Below are positions 27,711 through 35,915 of a stretch of 64,000 nucleotides of DNA, one piece after another. This DNA is from Candidatus Omnitrophota bacterium (GTDB taxonomy: Bacteria > Omnitrophota > Gorgyraeia > Zapsychrales > JAHFFX01), in contig JAHFFW010000009.1 of NCBI GenBank assembly GCA_023247725.1, forward strand, positions 14,424 through 78,423, read 5' to 3'. A program made the position numbers and the translations under genes. Below the pieces are notes generated by a model. It did not search any database, had not been told where the DNA came from, and saw only the letters and a list, made by a program, of their open reading frames with translations. Positions within the stretch are counted from its first letter, which is position 1; every line of letters begins with the position of its first letter.

Positions 27711-28313
27711 CTATTTTTTATCCGCCTCAATACTGACTTGGATTAAAACCACGTCGTCAACAAGCAAACCTCCATTGTCCATCTGTTTATTAAAAGAGAC
27801 TCCAAAATCCTGACGATTGATGGCCCCATCAGCTTCAATCCCAATGACGGTTCCCCCCATCGGGCTCTTCACCGGGCCCGAAACCTGACCAAAAAGAGTC
27901 GTGGTCTTCGTCACATTCTTGATCGTTAAATCACCGGTCATTGCAATGCCATCGCCCTGTTTGACAAATTTAACGTTCTTAAAAGTGATCTCGGGGAATT
28001 TTTCGACCTCCAAAAAATCCGCACTTTTTAAGTGTTCATCCCTTTTTTCGTTGCGCGTGTTGATACTGGGGGTTTTCACAACAATATCCGCCGTGGATGC
28101 CTTTAAATCATCCGGGTCATACGTGATCGTTCCCTGGTAATCGGTGAATTCCCCTTTGGTGGTACTCACCATCATGTGTTTGACCGCAAAACCAATCCTT
28201 GAATGCACCGCATCAATCTGATAGGTTTCGGCACAAAACGCCAGCGGGCTACCTAAGACAAAAGATCCCGCCAATACGAACAACGCCCAAAATCCTTTAA
28301 GCTGTTTCTGCAT
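27711..28313 (-). CDS. YceI-family periplasmic polyisoprenoid-binding protein
   Basis: Signal peptide. YQIDAVHSRIGFAVKHMMVSTTKGEF and the C-terminal block are YceI-like. AAGGAGG RBS. Confidence 0.75.
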   Translation of the reverse strand: MQKQLKGFWALFVLAGSFVLGSPLAFCAETYQIDAVHSRIGFAVKHMMVSTTKGEFTDYQGTITYDPDDLKASTADIVVKTPSINTRNEKRDEHLKSADFLEVEKFPEITFKNVKFVKQGDGIAMTGDLTIKNVTKTTTLFGQVSGPVKSPMGGTVIGIEADGAINRQDFGVSFNKQMDNGGLLVDDVVLIQVSIEADKK

Positions 28314-28329
28314 CAGTTCCTCCTTTTGG

Positions 28330-28494
28330 TTATGATTTTACAAAAACTCTGATGACCCAAACAATCCCCACCATGATGACCAATGATAGACCCATGATCT
28401 TCGTCCAAAGGAAAATCCGTCCCGATGTCGCCGAAAATTCCGGACCACTCCCGACGATTGAATTGAATCTTCCCGGAAAAGAACTGGCGCCCAT
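28330..28494 (-). CDS. Unannotated 54-aa small protein with a C-terminal TM helix, upstream of yceI
   Basis: MGASSFPGRFNSIVGSGPEFSATSGRIFLWTKIMGLSLVIMVGIVWVIRVFVKS*. GGAGG lies 6 nt upstream of the ATG. The stop is 16 nt before the yceI ATG, and that gap is yceI's own SD (AAGGAGG). Confidence 0.4.
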   Translation of the reverse strand: MGASSFPGRFNSIVGSGPEFSATSGRIFLWTKIMGLSLVIMVGIVWVIRVFVKS

Positions 28495-28554
28495 AGAATT
28501 CCTCCAATTGATGCGGCAGCCCCGATCCTCTAAAACGAAAATTGATTCATTCTC

Positions 28555-30114
28555 TTACTTCAATAAAGCAAAGAGGATCAAACCATAAGCAAAATACAAA
28601 AGGAAAACTCCTCTTTCGTTTGCGCCACTCCGGGCAATGTAGCAAAAATTCAAACCCGCGAACAAAAAGGCAAACCAGGTCAAGGCCAGATGAGCATAAT
28701 GCGGGACAAGAAAAACCGCCGTCAGAACATAGCCTAAGGCCACGAGGCCGCCAATCAGATTCCTGGCATCTTTTTCTCCCAGAAGCACCGGCAAGGTGAC
28801 AACTCCGGTCGCAGCATCTCCCTCGATGTCTTTAAGATCTTTGATGCTTTCCCCCAGACAGATAATGATAAAAATAAGCAAGGCCACGGTAGCGTTAATC
28901 GTCAAAACCGATCCTGGAGGCGAGAAGGCCACCTGCCCCAGAACAAAGACTAACATGGCTTCCAGACCCAGAATGAGCATGGAAGAAAACAAATTTTTCT
29001 TGAGCCGCAAGGGCGGCGCGGAATAAATAAAGGCCAAGGCGACCAAAAAGACAATCACCATAAAACATGCGTCCGAGACCCAAAGAGCAAAGGCTAAGGC
29101 CAAAGCCAAGAATATAGATCCGATCAAAAAATATTCTTGCCTTTCCATCGCCGCGGACACCAGCGGTCGACGGGTATTCGTCATTTTATCGCCGGCCACA
29201 TCAAACAGATCATTGACCACGACCGCATGTTGGAAGGCAAAAAAAATGGCGGTGAGCATCGCGCCTATTTTAAAAAGAATAAAAAGATCCTGAAAGCTTA
29301 CCGCCGGAACCGCGAGCCTTAAACCCAACAGCGCCATGAGCACGTAATGGACCGAGCGCTCCCAGCGCAAATTCCCGACGATCGCGCGAAACTTATGCGA
29401 ATCGTATCGCCAATACCACATGGCGCAAAGCCCAGTCAGGCTAAAAAGCTGGGTGATCACAATGACCGATTCATCCATCGTCGCTCCCACGGGCCCTTTG
29501 AGGAAGAGCTTCAATACTGGATAAACCAGGCCATTAAAGGCATTGATGATGAATGCAGGCAGGGCTCCGTAAGCAAAGATGAGGAGAAAGATACACAAGG
29601 CCCCTAATACCGCGCGAACCAAACGACCGGTTTTCACGACGATATAAATGAAAGAAAGAATGGTAATGATGGCGACTTCCAACCGCTGACTGATCGGAAT
29701 ATCGGGGGCGGAATAAAACGGATTAAAAAAATTTAAAAATTTTACCCCCGGATTTTCAAAGACATAATTGTAATTGGTCGGTGTTCCGCGCAACGCTGGG
29801 ATCAAATCCACCAGAATCGGCACGAGGATGACCAGAAAGCCAATGAGGCAGGTTCGCGACAGCGCCGCCACTCCGGTCGCAGAGAAGAAATGCAAAATCA
29901 GGATCACTCCCAAAAGGACCGACAGAAAAAGAACGGGGACATGCACAAGATCAAAGGCCGTGATATCCGGAAACTTTCCGTAATCAATGAGGCTTTCGAG
30001 GCTATTGCGGATAAAAATAATCGAAAGAGCCGTGGCCATCCAAAGGCCGAAACCAATGGGCAGTTTTTCGGTGGACAGAATGAATGTGGCAAACTTTTGG
30101 TGCATAGGGCTCAC
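28555..30114 (-). CDS. UbiA-family prenyltransferase with about 250-aa N-terminal membrane extension
   Basis: The C-terminal half has the UbiA Asp-rich motif (NDLFDVAGDKMTNTRRPL). The N-terminal half is an extra polytopic domain. Confidence 0.6.
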   Translation of the reverse strand: MSPMHQKFATFILSTEKLPIGFGLWMATALSIIFIRNSLESLIDYGKFPDITAFDLVHVPVLFLSVLLGVILILHFFSATGVAALSRTCLIGFLVILVPILVDLIPALRGTPTNYNYVFENPGVKFLNFFNPFYSAPDIPISQRLEVAIITILSFIYIVVKTGRLVRAVLGALCIFLLIFAYGALPAFIINAFNGLVYPVLKLFLKGPVGATMDESVIVITQLFSLTGLCAMWYWRYDSHKFRAIVGNLRWERSVHYVLMALLGLRLAVPAVSFQDLFILFKIGAMLTAIFFAFQHAVVVNDLFDVAGDKMTNTRRPLVSAAMERQEYFLIGSIFLALALAFALWVSDACFMVIVFLVALAFIYSAPPLRLKKNLFSSMLILGLEAMLVFVLGQVAFSPPGSVLTINATVALLIFIIICLGESIKDLKDIEGDAATGVVTLPVLLGEKDARNLIGGLVALGYVLTAVFLVPHYAHLALTWFAFLFAGLNFCYIARSGANERGVFLLYFAYGLILFALLK

Positions 30115-30189
30115 GTATCAGAGATAGGATAAAGTATTGGCTTATAATTGCAACAAATATTCATTACGTATATTCCCATTGGTTCAAAA

Positions 30190-30534
30190 CTACCAATGGA
30201 ATTGTACGGCTGCGGTCGATTCATATTTCAATTCCTGATGCACACCGCCTAGGTCCTGATAAACCGGATAAAAAAATCCCAGTTCAAAAGAAAGAGATTC
30301 CCGGGAACCGATTTTGAAGGTAGGACCAGCCAGGATGGTCGTCCCACCGCTGTCAGCAATTTTGATATCGTCCTGGCGTTGTTTTTCTTCCCAACGATAA
30401 TCGATATCGGTTCCGACGGAAAAAGGCACCCGTTCATTTTCTGGATTGAGACGATACTCCATGAAGATGGCACTGGAAAAGTAATCGCCAAATTGAAATC
30501 CCTGCGCCCCTTTCGTGGTTTTAGCCGAATTTTA
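30190..30534 (-). pseudogene. Outer-membrane beta-barrel C-terminal fragment (possible gene remnant)
   Basis: The open frame ...GAQGFQFGDYFSSAIFMEYRLNPENER...AAVQFHW* ends in a typical OMP beta-signal with a terminal aromatic. There is no signal peptide or N-terminal part. An in-frame stop lies at about 30532. Confidence 0.3.
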
Positions 30535-30625
30535 ATGAACCACCCCGCAGCAAGCTGACGGGGTATCCACAGCAAACTGCCAAAAGGAAGCGCAGCAAGC
30601 TGCGGGGAATTATACCCAAAGAGAA

Positions 30626-31633
30626 TTAAATACTATACCCAATCCCTCTCTTTTCAATGATGATTTCCCATTGGGTAGAAGAAATTTGTCTCACTTCCAA
30701 GACCTTATGACCCTGACCTTGCTCTAAATCTAAAATTTGCCGAAGAAGACCTTCGTTATCAACCAGTGTTTTGAAGATCTGTCCTTCGGTAAGGCCTCTG
30801 AGGCTTTCTTCAAACCGAAACGGAAAATCCTGCTTGGCCCCGCCGCAAAGATCCAATTCGGCCGCGATGGGAAATTCCTCAATGAACCTCCCCTCCAAAT
30901 AAGCCTGAGTTTTGACAAATCGTGGAGAGCTTAAAACTTTTTCCGCCGGACCATGCTCAATCAAATTTCCTAGATAAAGAAAAATTACATAATCCGCCAG
31001 CCGTTTGGCCTGCCGGAGGATGTGCGTGACCAAAACAATCGTGTACTGATTTTTTAAGGCTAAAAAACGCTGCTCAATTTGCTCGGCGGAAACTGGATCC
31101 AAGGCCGAGGTCGGTTCATCGCCGAGGATAATTTCGGGTTCAACCGCCAAGCCACGAGCCAGGCACAGACGTTGTTGTTGGCCTATCGATAACCGGCTCG
31201 CCGAGTCATGCAAACGATCCTTGACTTCATTCCATAAATTCGCTTCCCGCAAATATTTTTCGACGGCCTGGTCTAGCTTGCTCTTGTTCTTCTCCCCGTG
31301 AATCCGCAAACCATAAACCACATTCTCATAAATCGACATGGGTAATACGGTTGGCTTTTGGGAAAGTAATCCCATGCGTCGCCGCAAATGAGTCATTTCG
31401 GTTCCGGGATCATAGATATCTTCTCCATCAACGAGGACCTGGCCGGAGACCTTCGCTCCTTCCTGAAGATCGAGCAGGCGATTGAATGATTTCAAAAGCG
31501 TCGTTTTCCCGCAACCGGAAGGCCCGATGATCGCGGTAATTTTCTTATCGGGGATATCAATCGAAATATGGTTCAGGATGGTTAAAGCTCCGTATTGAAC
31601 GCTCAAATCTTTGACACTGATATGGGGTCTCAA
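30626..31633 (-). CDS. pstB: Phosphate ABC transporter ATP-binding protein PstB with about 85-aa C-terminal extension
   Basis: Walker A GPSGCGKTT, signature LSIGQQQRL, Walker B ILGDEPTSALD. PstB-type ends near ..YLEGRF. Extra C-terminal residues follow. Confidence 0.85.
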   Translation of the reverse strand: MRPHISVKDLSVQYGALTILNHISIDIPDKKITAIIGPSGCGKTTLLKSFNRLLDLQEGAKVSGQVLVDGEDIYDPGTEMTHLRRRMGLLSQKPTVLPMSIYENVVYGLRIHGEKNKSKLDQAVEKYLREANLWNEVKDRLHDSASRLSIGQQQRLCLARGLAVEPEIILGDEPTSALDPVSAEQIEQRFLALKNQYTIVLVTHILRQAKRLADYVIFLYLGNLIEHGPAEKVLSSPRFVKTQAYLEGRFIEEFPIAAELDLCGGAKQDFPFRFEESLRGLTEGQIFKTLVDNEGLLRQILDLEQGQGHKVLEVRQISSTQWEIIIEKRGIGYSI

Positions 31634-31642
31634 AATTTTCTC

Positions 31643-32494
31643 CTATTTGATAATGTGGCGGCTAAACCGACTCCCGATGATTCTGGCCAAAATATTCAAT
31701 AACAAAACCATGGCGGTGAGAATGAGGGCCGCGGCATAGCCGCGAGCCTGGACTTCTGCAAACGGGGTTCCCAATTGGAAAAATACCGCCAAAGGCAGCG
31801 TGGCGACCGGCTTCCATAAAGAGTGCGGCAGGGAATCGGTAAACCCGGCGGTGAAAAGAACCGCGGCCGCATCACTGATTCCGCGACCAAATGCCAAGAG
31901 GACGGCGGTGATAATTCCCGGCAAGGCCTGACGGAAAATAACTTTCGTGGCGGTTTCCCAGCGGGTGGAGCCCAAGGCTAAAGTCGCTTCCTTTAATTCG
32001 GATGAAATCATCTTCAAGACTTCATCAATGCCTCGGGTCATAATGGGGAAAATCAAAAGCGCGATCGTGATCATTCCCGCGAGTAAAGATGCCGGGATCT
32101 TTAACCAGAGCATCAAAGTAAATCCAAAGGCTCCGTAAACAATCGACGGTATTCCCCAAAGGACATCCAAGGCAAAACGGATTGCCAGTGCCAGGCGGGA
32201 TTTCTTTTGCAGATAAAGATTCAAATAAAACGCAATCGGCAGGCTTAAGACAATAGCGAGAAGCGTTGATCCGATCCCCAGGATCAGCGAGCCCAAAATC
32301 GCGTTGAGAACGCCGCCTGCCTTCCCTATATAATATCCTCCTTTAGGCGATTGAGTAACCATTTCCCAGCTCAACGCTGGAATTCCCTTCCACAATATCG
32401 TCAGCAAAATAAAAGCCAAGCTGCCCAAAACTGTTAACGTTGAAAAAATCATGAGCAATTTAAAAAAATTTTCTTCGATTTTGCGCTTGTCCAT
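31643..32494 (-). CDS. pstA: Phosphate ABC transporter permease PstA
   Basis: 283 aa, 6 TM, with an EAA-like loop and a PstA-like C-terminus. Confidence 0.85.
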   Translation of the reverse strand: MDKRKIEENFFKLLMIFSTLTVLGSLAFILLTILWKGIPALSWEMVTQSPKGGYYIGKAGGVLNAILGSLILGIGSTLLAIVLSLPIAFYLNLYLQKKSRLALAIRFALDVLWGIPSIVYGAFGFTLMLWLKIPASLLAGMITIALLIFPIMTRGIDEVLKMISSELKEATLALGSTRWETATKVIFRQALPGIITAVLLAFGRGISDAAAVLFTAGFTDSLPHSLWKPVATLPLAVFFQLGTPFAEVQARGYAAALILTAMVLLLNILARIIGSRFSRHIIK

Positions 32495-32496
32495 GG

Positions 32497-33429
32497 TTAA
32501 GCTTCCCTATTTTCCAAATACAACAAAATTCCCCAGGCGATCATGTTGAAGGCGACTGTCAAAATAAACAAAACCAGGGCGGCGAGCAAAATCGCCGCAT
32601 CATATAAGGGCACTGACATCATCTCTCCATAAGTGTTCGCAATCAAGGCGGGTAATGGATAGGCCGTATCGAATAAGGAATGGGGAAAGATTCCCATGGC
32701 ACAGCCGGCCACCATCAGCACCGCCATGGTCTCTCCCATCGCCCGGGAAAAACCCAAAATGATCGCCGCCACCATGCCCGGACTGACTTTCCGCAGAACC
32801 ACGGTTTTAACCATCTGCCACTTCGTTGCTCCGAGGGCGAGAGCGACCTCCCGCATCCCAAAGGACACGCTGTGCATGATCTCTTCCAGAAGGGAAATGA
32901 TCAATGGTGAAACCATGACGGCGAGCACTATTCCCGCGGTCAATGCACTAAAGCCGGTATAATTTTCCGAAACAAAAGGAAAAAAAGGAAAATGCTCACT
33001 AAAAAATGGCATCAGATAATCGCGTACTAAAGGAACAATGACGAGCATTCCCCAGACTCCGTAAACCACCGGCGATATTCCAGCAAGAAGTTCAATCCCG
33101 GGTTTCAGCCACAGCCGTACTGGGGAAGGACAATATTCCGAAAGGAACATGGCCGTCAAGACACTTAATGGAACGGCGATCAAGATGGCAACGAATGTCA
33201 CCCAAAGCGTTCCGGCAATGAAGGCGCCCAGACCAAACTGGCCTTGGGTGGGGTGCCATTGAGAGGAAAAAAGCAGTTGATCCCAATGATGGTGTTGCAA
33301 GACCGGCAGTGCCCGGGCCAACAAACCGCCGCCAATAAAAAAACCGAGGAAAAGAACCATGAGGCCCATGAGTATCATGAGCCGATGGCTCACCTGGTCT
33401 TTCCATAATCGGAGGGTCAATTCGGCCAT
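32497..33429 (-). CDS. pstC: Phosphate ABC transporter permease PstC
   Basis: 310 aa. PstC-like, with conserved ALGATKWQ. Confidence 0.85.
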   Translation of the reverse strand: MAELTLRLWKDQVSHRLMILMGLMVLFLGFFIGGGLLARALPVLQHHHWDQLLFSSQWHPTQGQFGLGAFIAGTLWVTFVAILIAVPLSVLTAMFLSEYCPSPVRLWLKPGIELLAGISPVVYGVWGMLVIVPLVRDYLMPFFSEHFPFFPFVSENYTGFSALTAGIVLAVMVSPLIISLLEEIMHSVSFGMREVALALGATKWQMVKTVVLRKVSPGMVAAIILGFSRAMGETMAVLMVAGCAMGIFPHSLFDTAYPLPALIANTYGEMMSVPLYDAAILLAALVLFILTVAFNMIAWGILLYLENREA

Positions 33430-33451
33430 TTTGGTTTACCTATTCTCCTTC

Positions 33452-33469
33452 GCCCCGCCGTGGCGGGGC
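33452..33469 (-). promoter_or_regulatory. Intergenic stem-loop between pstS and pstC
   Basis: gccccgc-cgtg-gcggggc. A second longer imperfect hairpin (cttcggagcaataattct...agaatattgctgcgaag) follows. Confidence 0.3.
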
Positions 33470-33524
33470 TTCGGAGCAATAATTCTACCCGAGAATATTG
33501 CTGCGAAGCAAAAACGAAAATCTA

Positions 33525-34481
33525 TTAGTTTTGCGAAGCAGAATACCGCAGCGATTCCAGAGTTTTCTGCCGTTCTTCAGGCTTGAGGGTTAAACTAGCC
33601 CCGGTCTCATCGGCGATTTTAGTTCCTTCTTCTGACAGGGCAAAGCTGATAAATTCTTTGATCAGGGGATTCCGATTCTTCGTATTAACGAAAAAAAGGT
33701 TTTTGCGGATTGCAGGATACCGGCCGGATTCAATGGCCGCAATGGCCTGTGTTTTATTTGTAAAGATTTCATCCGAGTCAGCCCGCCCATTCTCGTTGGA
33801 ATCAATAGGCACTAAACGAATTCCCGGATTCAATTGGCCTTCCCGGCTAAAAACAAAACTGAAATTATTGTAGCCGATCCCCACCGGATCGCGTTTGGCC
33901 GATTCCAGCAAACCTGGATCTCCGTAAACTCCCACACCCTTGAGGTCTTCCTGCTTTTTTCCTAAATAAGCAGCCCAACTTGCGGCGGCTCCGGAAGAAT
34001 CTGATCGTGTGTAAACGTGAATCGGTTTCGAATTTTTTGTTCCGGTCAGCTGGCCCCACGTTGTTCGTGTTCCATGAATGTACAGATCAACAAGCATTTT
34101 CCGGCTAACCCCTTTTTGCAGCAATTCTTTTAAGGCCACATTTTTATCGCTGACGACGGGAAAGATCGCATCTTTGAGGATGTACAAAGCCTGAACGCCT
34201 CTGGCGAGCTCAGCAGGATCAGGATCGCGGGACACCATTCCAATATCGACTAACCCCGCGATGGCATCCGCCGCGCCTTTGCCCGCACCTCCAGCCGAGA
34301 TGTCAATCTTCACTTTAAGATTGGATTTCTTGAAGGCATCGGCCCAAGCGACTGCCGTCGGATAAATAGCCCACGCGCCCGACAAGGTCAAGGTCCCTTC
34401 CAATTCGGCAAAACTCAAAGAAGGTTTCAACATGAAAAGTGAAATGAGGGAAGCGAATATGAGGGAAGAAACTTTTTTCAT
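33525..34481 (-). CDS. pstS: Phosphate-binding periplasmic protein PstS
   Basis: Signal peptide. PBP superfamily. Conserved TRSDSSG... phosphate-binding residues. Confidence 0.85.
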   Translation of the reverse strand: MKKVSSLIFASLISLFMLKPSLSFAELEGTLTLSGAWAIYPTAVAWADAFKKSNLKVKIDISAGGAGKGAADAIAGLVDIGMVSRDPDPAELARGVQALYILKDAIFPVVSDKNVALKELLQKGVSRKMLVDLYIHGTRTTWGQLTGTKNSKPIHVYTRSDSSGAAASWAAYLGKKQEDLKGVGVYGDPGLLESAKRDPVGIGYNNFSFVFSREGQLNPGIRLVPIDSNENGRADSDEIFTNKTQAIAAIESGRYPAIRKNLFFVNTKNRNPLIKEFISFALSEEGTKIADETGASLTLKPEERQKTLESLRYSASQN

Positions 34482-34513
34482 TGGTTCTCCTGAAAATTAT
34501 TGATCAATGTGAG

Positions 34514-34969
34514 TCATATGGAATAAGTGATATGGCTGTTCTCTGACCTTGAACCATATTTTCTTACCACATCGGCCAAACTCATTTTATCCATGACGTT
34601 GGCGATGGCATCGCGGACTTCTTTCAGCAAAGGCCGGATGCAACAGGTCTCCTCATCGCGGCAGTCATCACAACGGCGGTACGCAGTTTGGCTGACGCAG
34701 GAAACCGGCGCGAGAGGACCTTCGAGGGCACGGACGATTTGACCAACGGTGATTTGATCAGGCGGTTTCCCTAATATATAACCCCCGCCCTTGCCTTTCT
34801 TGCTATGCAGCAGTCCTTTATTCTTGAGTTCAAGAAGAATGGCCTCAAGAAATTTCTGGGGGATTTGCTCGGTTTTGGCTAAATCCGAAATTGAAACCGA
34901 ACCGCGGTTATAGTGTCTGACTAAATAAATGAGGGCCTTCAATCCATATTTTGTTTTTCTAGAAATCAT
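34514..34969 (-). CDS. Rrf2-family transcriptional regulator with Cys cluster (IscR/NsrR-like)
   Basis: KTKYGLKALIYL HTH. C-terminal cysteines in VSCVSQTAYRRCDDCRDEETCC. Confidence 0.75.
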   Translation of the reverse strand: MISRKTKYGLKALIYLVRHYNRGSVSISDLAKTEQIPQKFLEAILLELKNKGLLHSKKGKGGGYILGKPPDQITVGQIVRALEGPLAPVSCVSQTAYRRCDDCRDEETCCIRPLLKEVRDAIANVMDKMSLADVVRKYGSRSENSHITYSI

Positions 34970-35040
34970 AATCTATATTTCCTATAGGCTTAGTAGAGTA
35001 TAAATCCATCCTCTTGAATGTCAAGGAGGTTTTTAAAAAT

Positions 35041-35095
35041 AAAAAAGGCGGCTTCCGGTCCCACCGTTGACGGAGCCGGAAGCCGCCTTAACTTC
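35041..35095 (-). terminator. Strong bidirectional rho-independent terminator
   Basis: aaaaaa-GGCGGCTTCCGG...CCGGAAGCCGCC-ttaactt. On the minus strand the hairpin is followed by UUUUUUAUUUUU. Confidence 0.6.
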
Positions 35096-35103
35096 AGCTT
35101 AAG

Positions 35104-35772
35104 TTATCTCGTAAAGAATCTTGTTACATGGTCCTTGATTCCTAATCCAACACCGAGGGCTACGCCAGCCAACAAGATGTGAAACGGCGTCCCTACGAAT
35201 AAGGAACCATAACCCAATTGTTCCGCAGTCAAGGTGATGGCATAAATCAAAATCGCCCAGCGGCTGACCTGCTCAAGCAATTTTGGTTTGGGAAGATCCA
35301 TCATCCCCGCCACCATATGCACCAGCGTCGAAACGAATTTGGCCAATACATGCCCCAAGGTTAAAATCAATACGGCAATCAAAACACTGGGGATATAGGC
35401 GAGAATTCGATCGATCGCGTCGGTAATGCCCGTCAACCCGACGGCCTTGACCATGACCAGCACAAAGATGATCGTGAAGACCGCATAGATCAGCGACCCA
35501 ATTAAGTCGCTGAACGAAGCTTTAATCCCGCCCTTTTTCAGTACGCCCGACAACCCTGTGTTATCGGCGATCTTATCGATCTTCAATTCTTTAAACAAAC
35601 GAATCACCAAGTAATGAACGAGCTTTGTGATGAGTAAACCGATAACCAGAATGACGAAGGCACTGATCAAGGTAGGGATAAACGCGATCACCTGATCCAA
35701 CATTCCACGGAATGGATCAACGACGAGTGTTTGGAAGGTCATCATATTTCTCCCCTCCTTTCTTCTCAACAT
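35104..35772 (-). CDS. Conserved-TM-helix-repeat membrane protein (MscS-related small channel-like)
   Basis: 222 aa with repeated TM-helix repeat segments. Confidence 0.4.
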   Translation of the reverse strand: MLRRKEGRNMMTFQTLVVDPFRGMLDQVIAFIPTLISAFVILVIGLLITKLVHYLVIRLFKELKIDKIADNTGLSGVLKKGGIKASFSDLIGSLIYAVFTIIFVLVMVKAVGLTGITDAIDRILAYIPSVLIAVLILTLGHVLAKFVSTLVHMVAGMMDLPKPKLLEQVSRWAILIYAITLTAEQLGYGSLFVGTPFHILLAGVALGVGLGIKDHVTRFFTR

Positions 35773-35915
35773 TTGCTTCTTTGAGAAATCACGAAGGAAT
35801 CATATGACGAAACCTACGATGAGACCCAACTTTCTAAAGAGCACTGCTGCCAATGGAACTATAGCACATGCGGAGGGGAAGACAAGGTCACTGTTCCGAG
35901 ACTCTGGTATCGTTT

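Noticed and set aside
28313-28507. 64-aa minus-strand track ORF (MEEFYGRQFF...) overlapping the yceI start
   Set aside because: It uses a TTG start with no SD and overlaps the yceI start codon. The alternative frame (28330-28494) has a GGAGG SD, a TM helix and proper spacing to yceI.
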